The notes under the pieces: model-generated
What the model was told of the DNA's origin: nothing
The model's input: the letters and a program-made list of their open reading frames with translations, nothing else
Database searches by the model: none
Shown here: one piece after another, positions 26,012 to 38,200 of the stretch
Numbering within the stretch: position 1 is the first letter of the stretch
Layout: the number at the start of each line of letters is the position of its first letter
Assembly (NCBI RefSeq): GCF_040938485.1
Contig: NW_027271406.1
Coordinates: 1,054,001-1,118,000, forward strand
Direction: 5' to 3'
DNA length: 64,000 nucleotides
Origin: Diadema antillarum
Lineage: Eukaryota
Translations under genes and position numbers: made by a program

Positions 26012-26738
26012 AATGACAAACTCCTGTGTGAAAATGAAAATCACTCGTTGAGTCATGCACGGGTAAGAGCACATCAAAGGCAAATAATCACTTTTCAAAA
26101 TTTACAAAACATTCTGTTTCTTGTTATAATTTGTTGATATCAAACAATCCAGCATATCTCTTTCTTTTTTTAAACGTCTGATAGTCTTTTTTTTTTCTTT
26201 AATGAAGCGCTTTGTACTCATTGGAAAAGGCACTATTGGTATTTACAAATGTCTTCTATGCTATTGCTGCATGTTCTCAAGCCTTGTATTACTATTATAC
26301 GAAGGACCTGTCCTTCCCTATATCATTGACCTATAAATTTTACACTCATTTAGACTGCTAGAAGAGCAATGTTACTTTGAGTACACACACATTCAGTAAA
26401 CTTCTGCACTGCTCAGCATTTCAAGGTATTTAATTCTACCAAATAGATAATTAAACATTGGTTTTTCTCAGTAAGAAGGAAAACCTTGAAATGTAAAGTT
26501 AAACTGGATGAAAATGCCCTCTTTCTCATTTCTACACAAATCCCCATAGCTATGATCAGTCACCTCTTTCACTCTGAAGAAGCGCTATGATGACCTTGGT
26601 CCTGATAAGTTTTTACACTTTTCCAAGGTTTTCACTGAACCTTTTAACTTAAAAAGGGCTATTTCTAGGGCCAAATAATAAAATCCACTAGCTCTATTAG
26701 TAATACATTGACCTGACATTTCAACCGTTACAGGATTG

Positions 26739-27042
26739 CAGAGACTCCAACCCCAAGCACCTTCTGATCTGGAGATTCTCCCGCCCGAGACCCCTAGCAA
26801 ACGGGAGGCTCCAAGTTGATGTGTACGAAGTGCGAAGTTCCTGGGGTTCTAGATGCTCTCTGGTGCTATCTAAGGCTTATTTTTTCAACATACGATAGTA
26901 ATAACTAAGAAATCCTTTCCAACGGGAGACACAGAGCCAGGGCGGGAGAAATCAAATTTCAAACGGGAGAACGGGAGATTTTGCAAAAAATGGGTTTTCG
27001 GCGGGAGATCTCCCGTCGAAAACGGGAGAGTTGGAGTCTCTG
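26739..27042. mobile_element. hAT-like MITE with a 6-bp TSD
   Basis: GGATTG|CAGAGACTCCAAC ... GTTGGAGTCTCTG|GGATTG, with several internal ACGGGAG/CTCCCG motifs. Confidence 0.7.
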
Positions 27043-27379
27043 GGATTGAAACTGGCCAAGCATTACTGATCATGCATGTTCCATGTCAATATGATTAAAA
27101 CAACAACTGACTAGAGTCTAGCCCTACAGAAAAAGTCCTGCACAAAATGTAAGTTTATAGATTCACTGTCCTTTTCAATTCTTTTTTTCCCTTCTAGCGG
27201 TTATTAAAGGAAGATATTTGAGCTCTCCCACTTCTCTTGTAAGTTGTGGTCTTAGTCAACAGCTGCTCAGTCTTACACCGACTAGAATCTATAAGAAGAT
27301 TTTTTTTTTTTTATATAGTCAAACACAAAGAAACACAAAGGCACAGATGTCACACCACTCACCTACACACCCACAAGTT

Positions 27380-28139
27380 TAGACAGAAAGATCCGTCTGT
27401 CCGGAGGACTCTTTTATATTTTGCCATTAACGCTGTCCTCCGTAGACAGACGGAAGGTTGCAGTACCCATTGCTGTGTGGATGTTCTTAACCACTGTCTC
27501 TATGGAAAATTGGGTGAGGTACCTCACCCTTCTCGATTGCGTCTAATTCACGGCCCTAGGTCGGCAAATTTAAGCTTGAATAGTTAAATCAACTATTCAA
27601 GAATAGACTACACTCACCAGATTAATGAATAATCCAATATTTCGGTAGAATTTTCAACGCAAAACACATATCAACCAGCCCGTCGCGTCGTCACGTTCAA
27701 ACTGTAGAAACATACAGTATGAATCTATTAGCCAATCACATGCGAGGTAGTTTCTACGTATTTTTTTTACTAAAACACGTACCTCGCATGTGATTGGTTT
27801 ACAGATTCAAAATGGCGACCTACAGCTAGCGAACGGCGATGTTGCGATATGGATAAAATTTCTGCATCATAACCGAGTTACTGTGAGTATTTCGATTGCA
27901 CAATGTGAGAAATTAACCCCAAATATTGCTGCATAATGTGTCATGTCATGTCAAACTTGTTTGAATGTAAAAAAGCTGTCAGCAATTTGGTTTATCGTAA
28001 CGTTTGATCTGTGCGCGTTGCTCCACACAGGAGCTGGGATCATTGACTTCGGTCTGTATACGGAGGGGATCCGTGAAGCCAGACGAAGTCTCCGCGGAAC
28101 ATTCTCCGACGGACAGATACAGACCGATCTTTCGGTCAA
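27380..28139. mobile_element. 760-bp non-autonomous DNA transposon (MULE/Mutator-like MITE), copy 1
   Basis: Flanked by a perfect 9-bp TSD CCACAAGTT (27371-27379 and 28140-28148). Imperfect TIRs TAGACAGAAAGATCCGTCTGT / TTGACCGAAAGATCGGTCTGT. A 9-bp TSD is typical of MULEs. Confidence 0.85.
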
Positions 28140-28949
28140 CCACAAGTTCTAAATGAGGGAAGTTTTGTTGCCCTGCCTCGATCAATCAGAAGTCAATGTC
28201 GAGTTACTAAAGCGGAACGTACCGTTATCAATCCGTAACTCGTTAGAACGTGCATAGCCAGAGCTTGCGGCTTTAGAAACTGAAGTATAAACGGAAACAG
28301 CAAAGCACACAATAGTATACTAAAAAAGAGCCAAGGGGCCTGTGTGAGATAATGCCACAAGGGTCACAGCAATATTTCACGACTACGATACCCCGTGCCT
28401 TGGGATACTACTCTTGCTCAGCAACCTGTAGCTGGAGGTGGGGGAAAATGGAAAATAAAAACTTTCGTTGCATTTCATTGTTAATGCTAAACTACTGACA
28501 TTATATAGACAAAAATCACCGTGCATTAAGAATAACTCACAATTTTTTGGTGCAAACAGATCGTTTGTCTGCTAGTTGCTCCCACGACCCACGCCGGAGT
28601 GAGGAGAGGAAGGAGTTTCTCGCTTGTTTTGTCGATCCCGCGACGGGAAATGGATGGTTCGTGTACAAGCTAGCAGAATTAGAAATTCACTGATTAGATC
28701 TAGAGCTATCTCACGCACGCGACCAAAGCGCGCGCCCGGCCAAATGCGTGTAAACAGCTGATGTGGGATGTGTCCTGAGAAAAATTTCCCCTTTGGTTGT
28801 GTACACTCTGATCAAGTTTCACCGTCCAGCCGACGATGGGGGGAGCTATGCCACTACCGCTGCTGACCGCTGCATCACAACACAGAAAGAGTTTACCCAT
28901 ATTGAAAGATTTTGCTGTCTGGTAATCTATTGTAAAGTGTTTTCGTTCA

Positions 28950-31850
28950 GTGGTGTAAAATGTCGGGAAACATGATATTTTTGCAAGAAAAATTTAGTAC
29001 AGCAGACACTGAGGACAGTGAGAAGGCTGACAGGGATACTGAGTAGGTCACATGTTTTGTAGTCAGGGGAGTAGAGGAGTATATTGTAATGTTAATTCAA
29101 GGTGTTACTTTTTTGAAGGAAAAAGTTTTAAATTTGATGAAAGGGGTGGATATATGTTATGAAGAAAGAAAGATGCCAAGTTGTAAAGATTATACATTGT
29201 ACCAATGAAGTGTGAATAATGGGATAATGAAAATATGCAATGCCATTTCAGTGGCAGATCCGGAGGGGGAGCACCGGGCGCGCGGTCCCTCTTTATTTTT
29301 TGGTTAAAACAAAAGAAATAAAAAGAAAAATGGGGGGGGGGGCTCTTGTGCCCCCTCCCCTTTAATTTTGTTAAGGCGACTCCCCTGTAAGGAAATCCTG
29401 AATCTGCCCCTGCATTTTTGTTTTATTTGGATAGAATATTATCTTCAGCGTTGATGATTATAATATGATTTGGATTATGGGTTAAAGTACGTATTTTTTT
29501 TTTAAGTAAATGAAAACATTTATTGAAAGATTTCCTTGGTAAGTTTGATTTGACTGATGTTTGGCCTAAGCGTCATTTGAAAGAATTTTGGGTCAGAAGC
29601 AGTTTAATAACTAATGTTATTACTCTGAACTAATGTTCAGAGTAGATTAGATTAGATTTTCATTTCTTCAAATCCTCTATTATACCTGATCATGATGGAG
29701 TTAGAGTAGAGTTTAGTATTATGATAGATAGTTTTAATTACAGGAATTGGACATTTATAACAGTAATTTATGTAATTATAAAGATTCTGTAAATCTGGTT
29801 TAAAAAAATTGGAAATAGAAAAAAATGGCGGGGTCAAGTAAATAATCAAATTAAATTTTGGGAATTCATGAAAATGAAATTACAAAAATATATAATGCAG
29901 TTTCCCCATGGAAAAAAACAACAACTAAAGTCAGAAGAATCAATATTAGAAAATTGGAAAATGAGATTTAAGATTTCAATTAGTATGATCAATTTGCATA
30001 TCAACATTCAGGATGAAATCGATTAAAAAATGGAATTGGTTATTTTATTATATTGATTATTCACAAAGTTTAAAGGTGCATTCAAGAAAAGAATGGTCTG
30101 AAAAAGGAGAAAAATCATGATTTTTAGTTTTTTAACAGTTATTACACTCGAATAAAAGGAAATGTGCATGTGATTTATGAGATTGAGATGTATTTGTCAG
30201 TTTTCAATTATTGTTTTCTTTGTACACATGCATTATTTTTGTCACTGAAGAAAGTATGATATTTTATGTTCATATATGTGAAAAACTGAATAGATTTGAA
30301 CTGAACTGAACTTGTTCGTGATGGTAAAGAGATTCAGAAGATTATGAGGAAGTACATTGTATTATGAAATTGTACATGGATGTAAAGATGAAAAAAATTA
30401 TATGGGATATTGAAGATAATTATGATTTTTAATGAATTGCCCAGATTAAGTGAAGAAGATAAAGAATTTTGAAAAAGGCAAGTTTCATTAGAAGAATGTT
30501 ATCCAATTCACAGGGATAACGAAATTATTACATTTATTGAGAAAGATATGGAAAGGATCTTTTTATACATGTATATCACAAGTTATATATAGACCAACAA
30601 CTTGATAAAATATCATCAAAAAAGTAGTTGAAAGGGCAAGGGAGGTGTTAGGGAATGTTATTCTTTATGATTAGGTGAGCAATGTTACAGACAGAAAAAT
30701 ATTGGTGAAGTATTGCGATTTATGAATGATACCTGAATAGGTTTTTTTTTTCAATATTTGCATTTTTCTGAAGGTTTTTTTTATTGCAGTGGATTTTAAA
30801 AAAGCATGCGATTTTATTTCACATATCTTTCATTTTTTTATTCCAATCATCAGAATTATTTGAATTTGGTAAAGACTTATGTTGATGTTCTTTAGGAATG
30901 TTAGTAGTGCAGTAAATGTGATGTGATGGATGAGAAATATTTAACGGTATATTTTGAGGGTAAAAGAGGAGTATAAGACAAGGTGTAACCCATTGTCGCT
31001 GTATTTATTTATGTTAACCATGATTACTGTCATATTACATTAGGAAGGATATGAGAGAATATAGAATTTGGGAGTAGAGGAATAGAATACTGGGACAGGA
31101 ATACTGGGATTTGCCTCTGCACGGACATAAGAATTTTAGGGGTTTGTTTTCACGAAATTTTGAGATAAGATAATGATTTGAATTATAAGGAAATTCTGAG
31201 TAAAATTAGAAGATTAATGGCTGTTGGAGGCAACGAGACTCTAGAATGTTTGGAATATCAAATGGTGGAAACTGTTTTCAAAGTTGAATTATGTGTTTCG
31301 TCTCTCATGATATTTTTCATACATGGTATTTTACCAAGAAAAAAAAAAACAGCTTTTAATTTCATTTGAGGAGGGAAGACAGTGAATAAAACGGTAAATA
31401 TTATATAATATAAAGATTGTGTTGGGGGAATGAGAGTACTAAATTTTGAAGTGTGTATTAGACTCGGAGAATAATGTGGATGAAACAGTTCATTATGGTG
31501 AAAAATATTGAGGTCGGAAGGTAACTTTTGATTACTTTTTAAGGTTCTTTGGTGGTCAATTTATATTTCTATCCTAATTACGATGTTAAAAAAATGGACA
31601 TGAAAGGTATAGGGCCTATCGATGTTTTATATAGAAATGCTTCAAGTATGGGAAGAATTAGTGCATATATTTTGTTGATAACAAGATGAACCCAGTTATT
31701 TTCAATATTAGGGGTATTTGTATTGGAAGTAAAATGATTTTTTTTTTTTTGGTATTGAATTATTTCAGAGAATTATATTTCAAATATATATATATATTTT
31801 TTAATAGGTCGTCAGTTAAAATCATTTTCATATCTTTATGATATGGATTT
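28950..31850 (+). mobile_element. Heavily decayed L1/Tx1-clade non-LTR retrotransposon ORF2 (APE endonuclease + RT)
   Basis: Motif remnants appear in order across frameshifts: DMIFLQE and SRGV (APE), FWEFMKMK, EWSEKGEKS, VDFKKACD (about LDFEKAFD), RGV-RQG-PLS-YLF, and a GGL-PNF-like motif. Strong purine skew, many stops. Boundaries approximate. Confidence 0.75.
29249..29412. mobile_element. hAT-like MITE with a 5-bp TSD, nested in the L1/Tx1 relic
   Basis: CATTT|CAGTGGCAGATCC ... GAATCTGCCCCTG|CATTT. Confidence 0.7.
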
Positions 31851-32289
31851 TACTACTGAAAATCAAAAATTAGGGGGGAAAAGTTATAACGTAGGACTGG
31901 ATACAAAGTGATTTTATGGCTCTGGATATTAGACATAGAAATGATGATATTTGGACGATTACAGAAATTGTGCGAGTTGAAGTCTAGATGATTATAAAAC
32001 AAGATTAGGCCTACTTCATTCAACAATTTCAAGAGGAATATAAATTGTGCATATTGCAGACAGACAATCGTCATTATAAACCCAGGTGGAACTGAAATAA
32101 ATAACCCCCCCCCCCCCCCCCCCCCCCCTCCCCCAAACACGAACACACACACGCACCCGCCGCTCACACGTAGTGAGTAGGATCTTTGGCGACACACACA
32201 CAGCACACGTACGTTACACAAAATTTATACTCATCAGCTAGCTGGCTTACTGGTATAACATCGACTAAAAAGCTTTTGTTAGGATCAAG

Positions 32290-35200
32290 ATGGATTTCCT
32301 CAAGGCAGAGATAGCGAGGAAGAAGAAGCAATTGGAGCAGACAAATCTTGTTGGCGGCGTAAGTACCTAGTATTCTTAGTGGAACCACAATAGAAAGTCA
32401 ACTCAGTTTTCTAACCTGTTTTTGTGTATAATCCCAGTGTTTATGGCGAAAGTGCGATGCTGTTTCGTAGTCCCTAACGTGTCTTTTCGTGTAAGCGGAA
32501 AACAATGTACTTTGTAGGCAAAAAGCTAAGCTTGTTTTAGTCTCTTTAGTCTTAGCTTTAGTGAAGTGTCGTTAGCACGTTAGGTCCATTGCATTGAATG
32601 AGAATGTGTGAGCACGTTTCATAGGCTTTCGTAGTTGAATGCTGTGATGTTATATCCTTATGAACTAGTAAACTTGCATTGTATAGACTCTACAGTAGGT
32701 GCGGCAGTTGACCGAAAGATCGGTCTGTATCTGTCCGTCGGGGAATGTTCCGCGGAGACTGCGTCTGGCTTCACGGATCCCCTCCGTATACAGACCGAAG
32801 TCAATGATCCCAGCTCCTGTGTGGAGCAACGCGCACAGATCAAACGTTACGATAAACCAAATTTCAGACAGCTTTTTTACATTCAAACAAGTTTGACATG
32901 ACATGACACATTATGCAGCAATATTTGGGGTTAATTTCTCACATTTTGCAATCGAAATACTCACAGTAACGCAGTTATAATGCAGAAATTTTATCCATAT
33001 CGCAACATCACCGTTTGATAGCTGTAGGTCGCCATTTTGAATCTGTAAACCAATCACATGCGAGGTACTTTTTTTAGTAAAAAAAACACGTAGAAACTAC
33101 CTCGCATGTGATTGGCTAATAGATTCATACTGTATGTTTCCGCAGTTTAAACGTGACGACGCGACGGGCTGGTTGATGTGTGTTTTGAGTTGAAAATTCT
33201 ACCGAAATATTGGATTATTCATTAATCTGGTGAGTGTAGTCTATTCTTGAATAGTTGATTTAACTATTCAAGCTTAAATTTGCCGACCTAGGGCCGTGAA
33301 TTAGACGCAATCAAGAAGGGTGAGGTACCTCACCCAATTTTCCATAGAGACAGTGGTTAAGAACATCCACACAGCAATGGGTACTACAACCTTCCGTCTG
33401 TCTACGGAGGACAGCGTTAATGGCAAAATACAAAAGAGTCCTCCGGACAGACGGATCTTTCTGTCTAGTGCGGCAGCTAATTATCAGGTTTGTTTGCATG
33501 CATGCAACAGCAACATTCAGTGTCCATCAGCGGCATCAGACTAGTCAACGGTGCTTTTGTTGAATGAAAGTGTTATAATTTAACTAGTTCTATTTACGAT
33601 AAAGATATTAAAATGGCATGTGTGAGTGTAAAGCAAGTTACCCACTTTTCGACCGCCTAAATTGCGGAAGCAAAATAGCGTGCATGATTCGAACGCCTGC
33701 GCTGCGATCATCGTTTGAACGCCTGTGGCTGTGCTCTTTGTTCGACCCCATATGTCTGTGCTTCGACATTCCCGATGTACTTACCGCGCCCTGCCTATAT
33801 GAATGGATTAGCGTGCATGCGAAACTGTATACATCGCACTATGAGCGAGTGGTACTCCATGTACTCCACGCTGTGCGAGATGCGAGAGATTCAATGCATA
33901 CATACACTGTAACATGTTGCGATCGAACCATGTTGATGGAGATACTGCAAATTCTGACACGGGTGGCATGCAAAATGTGAATATCGCATAAACGCTCAAG
34001 TTATCTCAGAAACTGCTGCCATCATGGCTGTAAGTGTACTTGCTGTATAGATTCAATGCAGATAAACAGACTAATAACTTCAAAACTTGGAATGAAACGA
34101 GTCTATGTGTTGCTATGCAACTTTACTTACCTGTTACTTACCCGTTGAACTGCTTATGCAAGCTGACCCAGGAGGGTTGCGACAATGATTTCGGGGGTCT
34201 GGCGACGTGGCCCAACGTTGTGCTCTTCGGAACACGTGTGGAGGTAGTTGCATGGTTTGAATTTCTCACTTGATTTGCGCCATTTTTTATTCATGAATTC
34301 AGGGAATTTTTATTCGTAAGAGTGGTCTATTCATGGAAACGATCGAATCAAGGGTAACTTGCTTTAGAGGAAAAACAGGCTGTCAGGCTTACAGCATTTT
34401 GGACCCTATAGGAGGCTGCATCCTTGTGATGATTGGTAGGGCAGCCTTCTGGAAGGTATCAACAGTAGGTGCAGTGACAGCATTGCTTGGAAGGTTGTTC
34501 CAGATACATTAATACAGTATGTGGATAGAAGGAATATTTGTATGGGTCAAGTGAAGCTTCTGGTATCATGTATTTGAGCTTGTGGTCATGTCTGTTGATA
34601 TAAGGGGCTGGAGAGATGGAGGGCAGAAGTGAGATGTTGACAAGGTTATAGTGGACTTTGTAGAACATGGTGCATTGTGCAGCAAGGCGTCGTGTGTGTG
34701 TGCAGTGTGTCCCATCCCAGTTTGGTTACAAGGGCTGTAGAGGAAGTACCCCATCTGTAATCATGGTGAACAAAGCGAGCAGCTGCTTTTTGGACTCCTT
34801 CAAGGCCTTGTACTGTGTTGGTGTAGTATGGATTCCATGCCTCTGATTCATATACTCTAGCTGTGGATGAACAAGCATTTGATATGCCCTGTTTTTGACA
34901 ACTTTGGAGCATGGGGATAATGTTCATTGAAGGAGACCGAGAGTTCTGTTTGCTTTTTGACGAATGGCCTGGCAGTGTGTAGTCCAGTGAAGATCTTTTG
35001 AGACAGTGACCCCCAAATACTTGTATTCTTGGACTCTGAGTATGATCTCCTCAAGGAGCTTGTATTCGCAGAGCGAAGGTTTCTGTGCTATTGAAAAGTA
35101 GCATGTGCTCTTCTACATACACGTAATATGCTATACAGTAGAACCTCGTTTATGATATACAAATAATTCAAGGAGGTCAGATTTAGGGAGGTACCTGATC

Positions 35201-38200
35201 TAACGAGTAAGTTTGCCCACCCCATCCCTTTTATATTCTTTTGTTTTTAGCCCTGATATAGCAAGGAAATTTCTGTGGTCCCAAGCAGCTCATTTTAATG
35301 AGATTCCTCTTTACCAGAGAATTTTTCTCTACATTACATCCAGATCCATGATCCCATAATTTACTTTGTACTCCCTACATAGATAATGACTTTTTGATGA
35401 TAAACAATCTGCTGTAGCATGTCTGTATTATGTGTCCCATTTTGCTGCATGATGCTCCATGTGTTGATATTTGTAACAGATTCGATCAGAATTGAAAATT
35501 GACCTTTTGAATTCTTTTATTGTATGACTTGCAGCAGGATACATGTACCATATTTTCCTATCTTTGTCCTGATTGCAGGATACAGGTAAAAAGACCTTTA
35601 AGCGGGGTGATCTCATGGCCAAGCAGGAAGAAGAGTACTGGAAGAAACATAAAGTAGGTGGAAATGCAGAAAAACAAGAATACCATATGTCTGTATGCTC
35701 TCTTTGTTTGACACTGCAACATGGACATCACATGATTATCCAGCTCCATGAGTTTAGTGATTTTTTTTTTTGATTTTTAAAAAAATCAGAGTTGTCAAGT
35801 GTATATTTAGTACAGTGTGGGAAGGGTGGTCCCATTTTTTTTTTCTACAAACATTGTGCAATCCTTTTTCAATTCGAATCACATTGATCTAAATCCAGAA
35901 GAATGAGTAGAAAATTTCTATATTAATAAAAATTCCTGCATGTATATATGTATATTGTAGATATATCTATCATATTTTTCTATCTTCTTTATTATTGTTG
36001 TCATAATTTTAGCCAACATAAAGTTCATACCAATCATAGATAATGTTCTAATCAATATCTCAAACTTTGTATTAATATGTTTGGGAGTCATGTATTTTTT
36101 TCTTTTCTTTTCTGCCCAGTCACATACAGTAGTTACGAGTGGAATGTGTGAAGGCATCACAATATATGTAAAAGAGTATTTTGCCTACTTATGTAAAGAA
36201 TCAAAGTAATTTGAAACAATCCATTAGAGTTACTGACTTGTTATGTTGTGAGTTCAAATATTGCTGTTACTTTGTTATTGTTGTTACATGTCAAGGGCTT
36301 GAAGGGGGGGGGGGGACTGGGGGACTGCCCCCCCCCCTTCTAGCTGGTTAAAAAAAAAAAAAACTGAAAAATGTTCCAAGTCCCCCTGCATATGTGCATA
36401 TAAAGGAAATGAGAACTTAAGTTTCTCAGGTAGCACAGAATGAAGTGAAATGACTCAAATTCTCCCTTGTACTGTTTTTCAAAACAGATAGAGACTGCGG
36501 ATGAGGAGGCAGAGAGAAAGAGGTCCCGCAAGGAGCGACTATCCAGCGATGCCATGAATGATGACCCTAACCTCGTTACTTTGTCCAGACAGGAGGTTAG
36601 TCTGTTAACACGTTTGATATCTTTGTACCGCAATACATTTGGTCCTGCTTAGTAAATAGGCTCTAATACAGCCAACATGTTGTTAGCTTGGCTTATTATC
36701 TTTTCAATGCCTAACAAAATGAGATGACATGTAGTTTCTGAGATCAGAAAGAGTAGGATGCCATCATGTGACACCAAACTGTGATGGTTTTAAGAGTGAA
36801 AATAGCGAGCTTTATATCTGCAAGACCAACATTAAAGATGACACTACTAGGCTAAAAATGGTGTTCTGCACATGCATGATACAGCTGTTTCCATTGTTCA
36901 GCCAGGGAGGCTGCGTCATCCTAGCGTTTGCAGCGCAGATCTAAAGCTTGCTAGTTTCAAAGAGCAGAGGATTTTCTTGCAAGTGATAGCTACTGGTCAA
37001 TATGTTATATTCATGATATTCACACTCAAAAAAAAAAAAAGAAGAAGCAAGAAAGCACAGTTTTATTGCTTATTTCCTTCCTTTGAGTGTGAGAAATGGG
37101 TAAGGGTTTGCACCCATGCTTCTTTTATCAAGTTTTTTTGGACATGTCTCTGAGTGCCCCTACTGCAGACAGCAGTTTGACAGGGTGATGCTCTTTAATA
37201 TCTAATGGGAAGGTCTATATTTTTCTTATGAAATTCATGAGTGTTGGTACACTTTCTAAATTTGCATAGATTTTCTTACCCTGTTTCCAAACACTTGAAG
37301 CAGCATTTGTGCAGTATGCAATATTTTAAGTAAGCTAGCCAAAGCTAAAATGGCAGCAACATTCAGCCAGTCTATCACAATGCACTGCTAATGTTTTTGG
37401 AGTCAATTATGAAGGGTCCTTTTATGTGGCTCAGCATGTGCTGGAAGTGTATTATGCATTTTACTGCACGGGTTCAACATTTGTCTTCTTGCAGGTAATA
37501 AGGCGACTGAGAGAACGAGGAGAACCGATCAGACTCTTTGGTGAGACCGACACAGAAGCGTTCTTCAGGCTTCGGAAAATTGAAATGTTAGCTCCAGAGA
37601 TTAATAAGGTAATCAAAGATACACGCTGTAATATTGGTGCACATTGCAGCTTCTTCAGACAAAGTACTTGCTTTGTTAGCAAAATTTATTATTTTGTTTT
37701 ATGTGTTTGTATGTTTTGTTTGTTTGTTTGTTTGTTCATTTTCCTCCCTTGTCCATTTATAGATTGTTAAGGCTTCATTATCCATCCCTTCATATTGTGT
37801 TTCATAGGATGTGTGGCCTTTGATACCTTTACTGAAGTTTGCATTAACCTGTTGAGGACGAGTCTCGAGTATACTCGGGCAGGGATCTATGGAAAATGCG
37901 TGTTGTAGCAAAATCAGTCCATCCTCAATGGGTTAAAGACAGAGAGATTGTATAAAAGACCCGTAGTGTGGGGATTCATGGATGGCCCAATTCATTCACT
38001 GCCCACTGGGATACTGTACATTAGAAACCACAGATAGCACCAGTTAGCAAATATATGCATTGAATATGCATGTCGGTAATCATCGACTCCAGTCAAGATT
38101 CTTTGGCTGTGTGTCTACTTACACAGATAATTGTGATAAAGCTGTGCACAATTCATTAGGAGAATTTTTGGATATATCCATATATCCAAGCAAAACCAGC

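Noticed and set aside
27380-33467. One 6-kb transposon with 760-bp TIRs carrying the PRPF18 promoter as cargo
   Set aside because: Each 760-bp unit has its own TIRs and its own different 9-bp TSD, and the outer flanks do not share a TSD, so these are two separate insertions.
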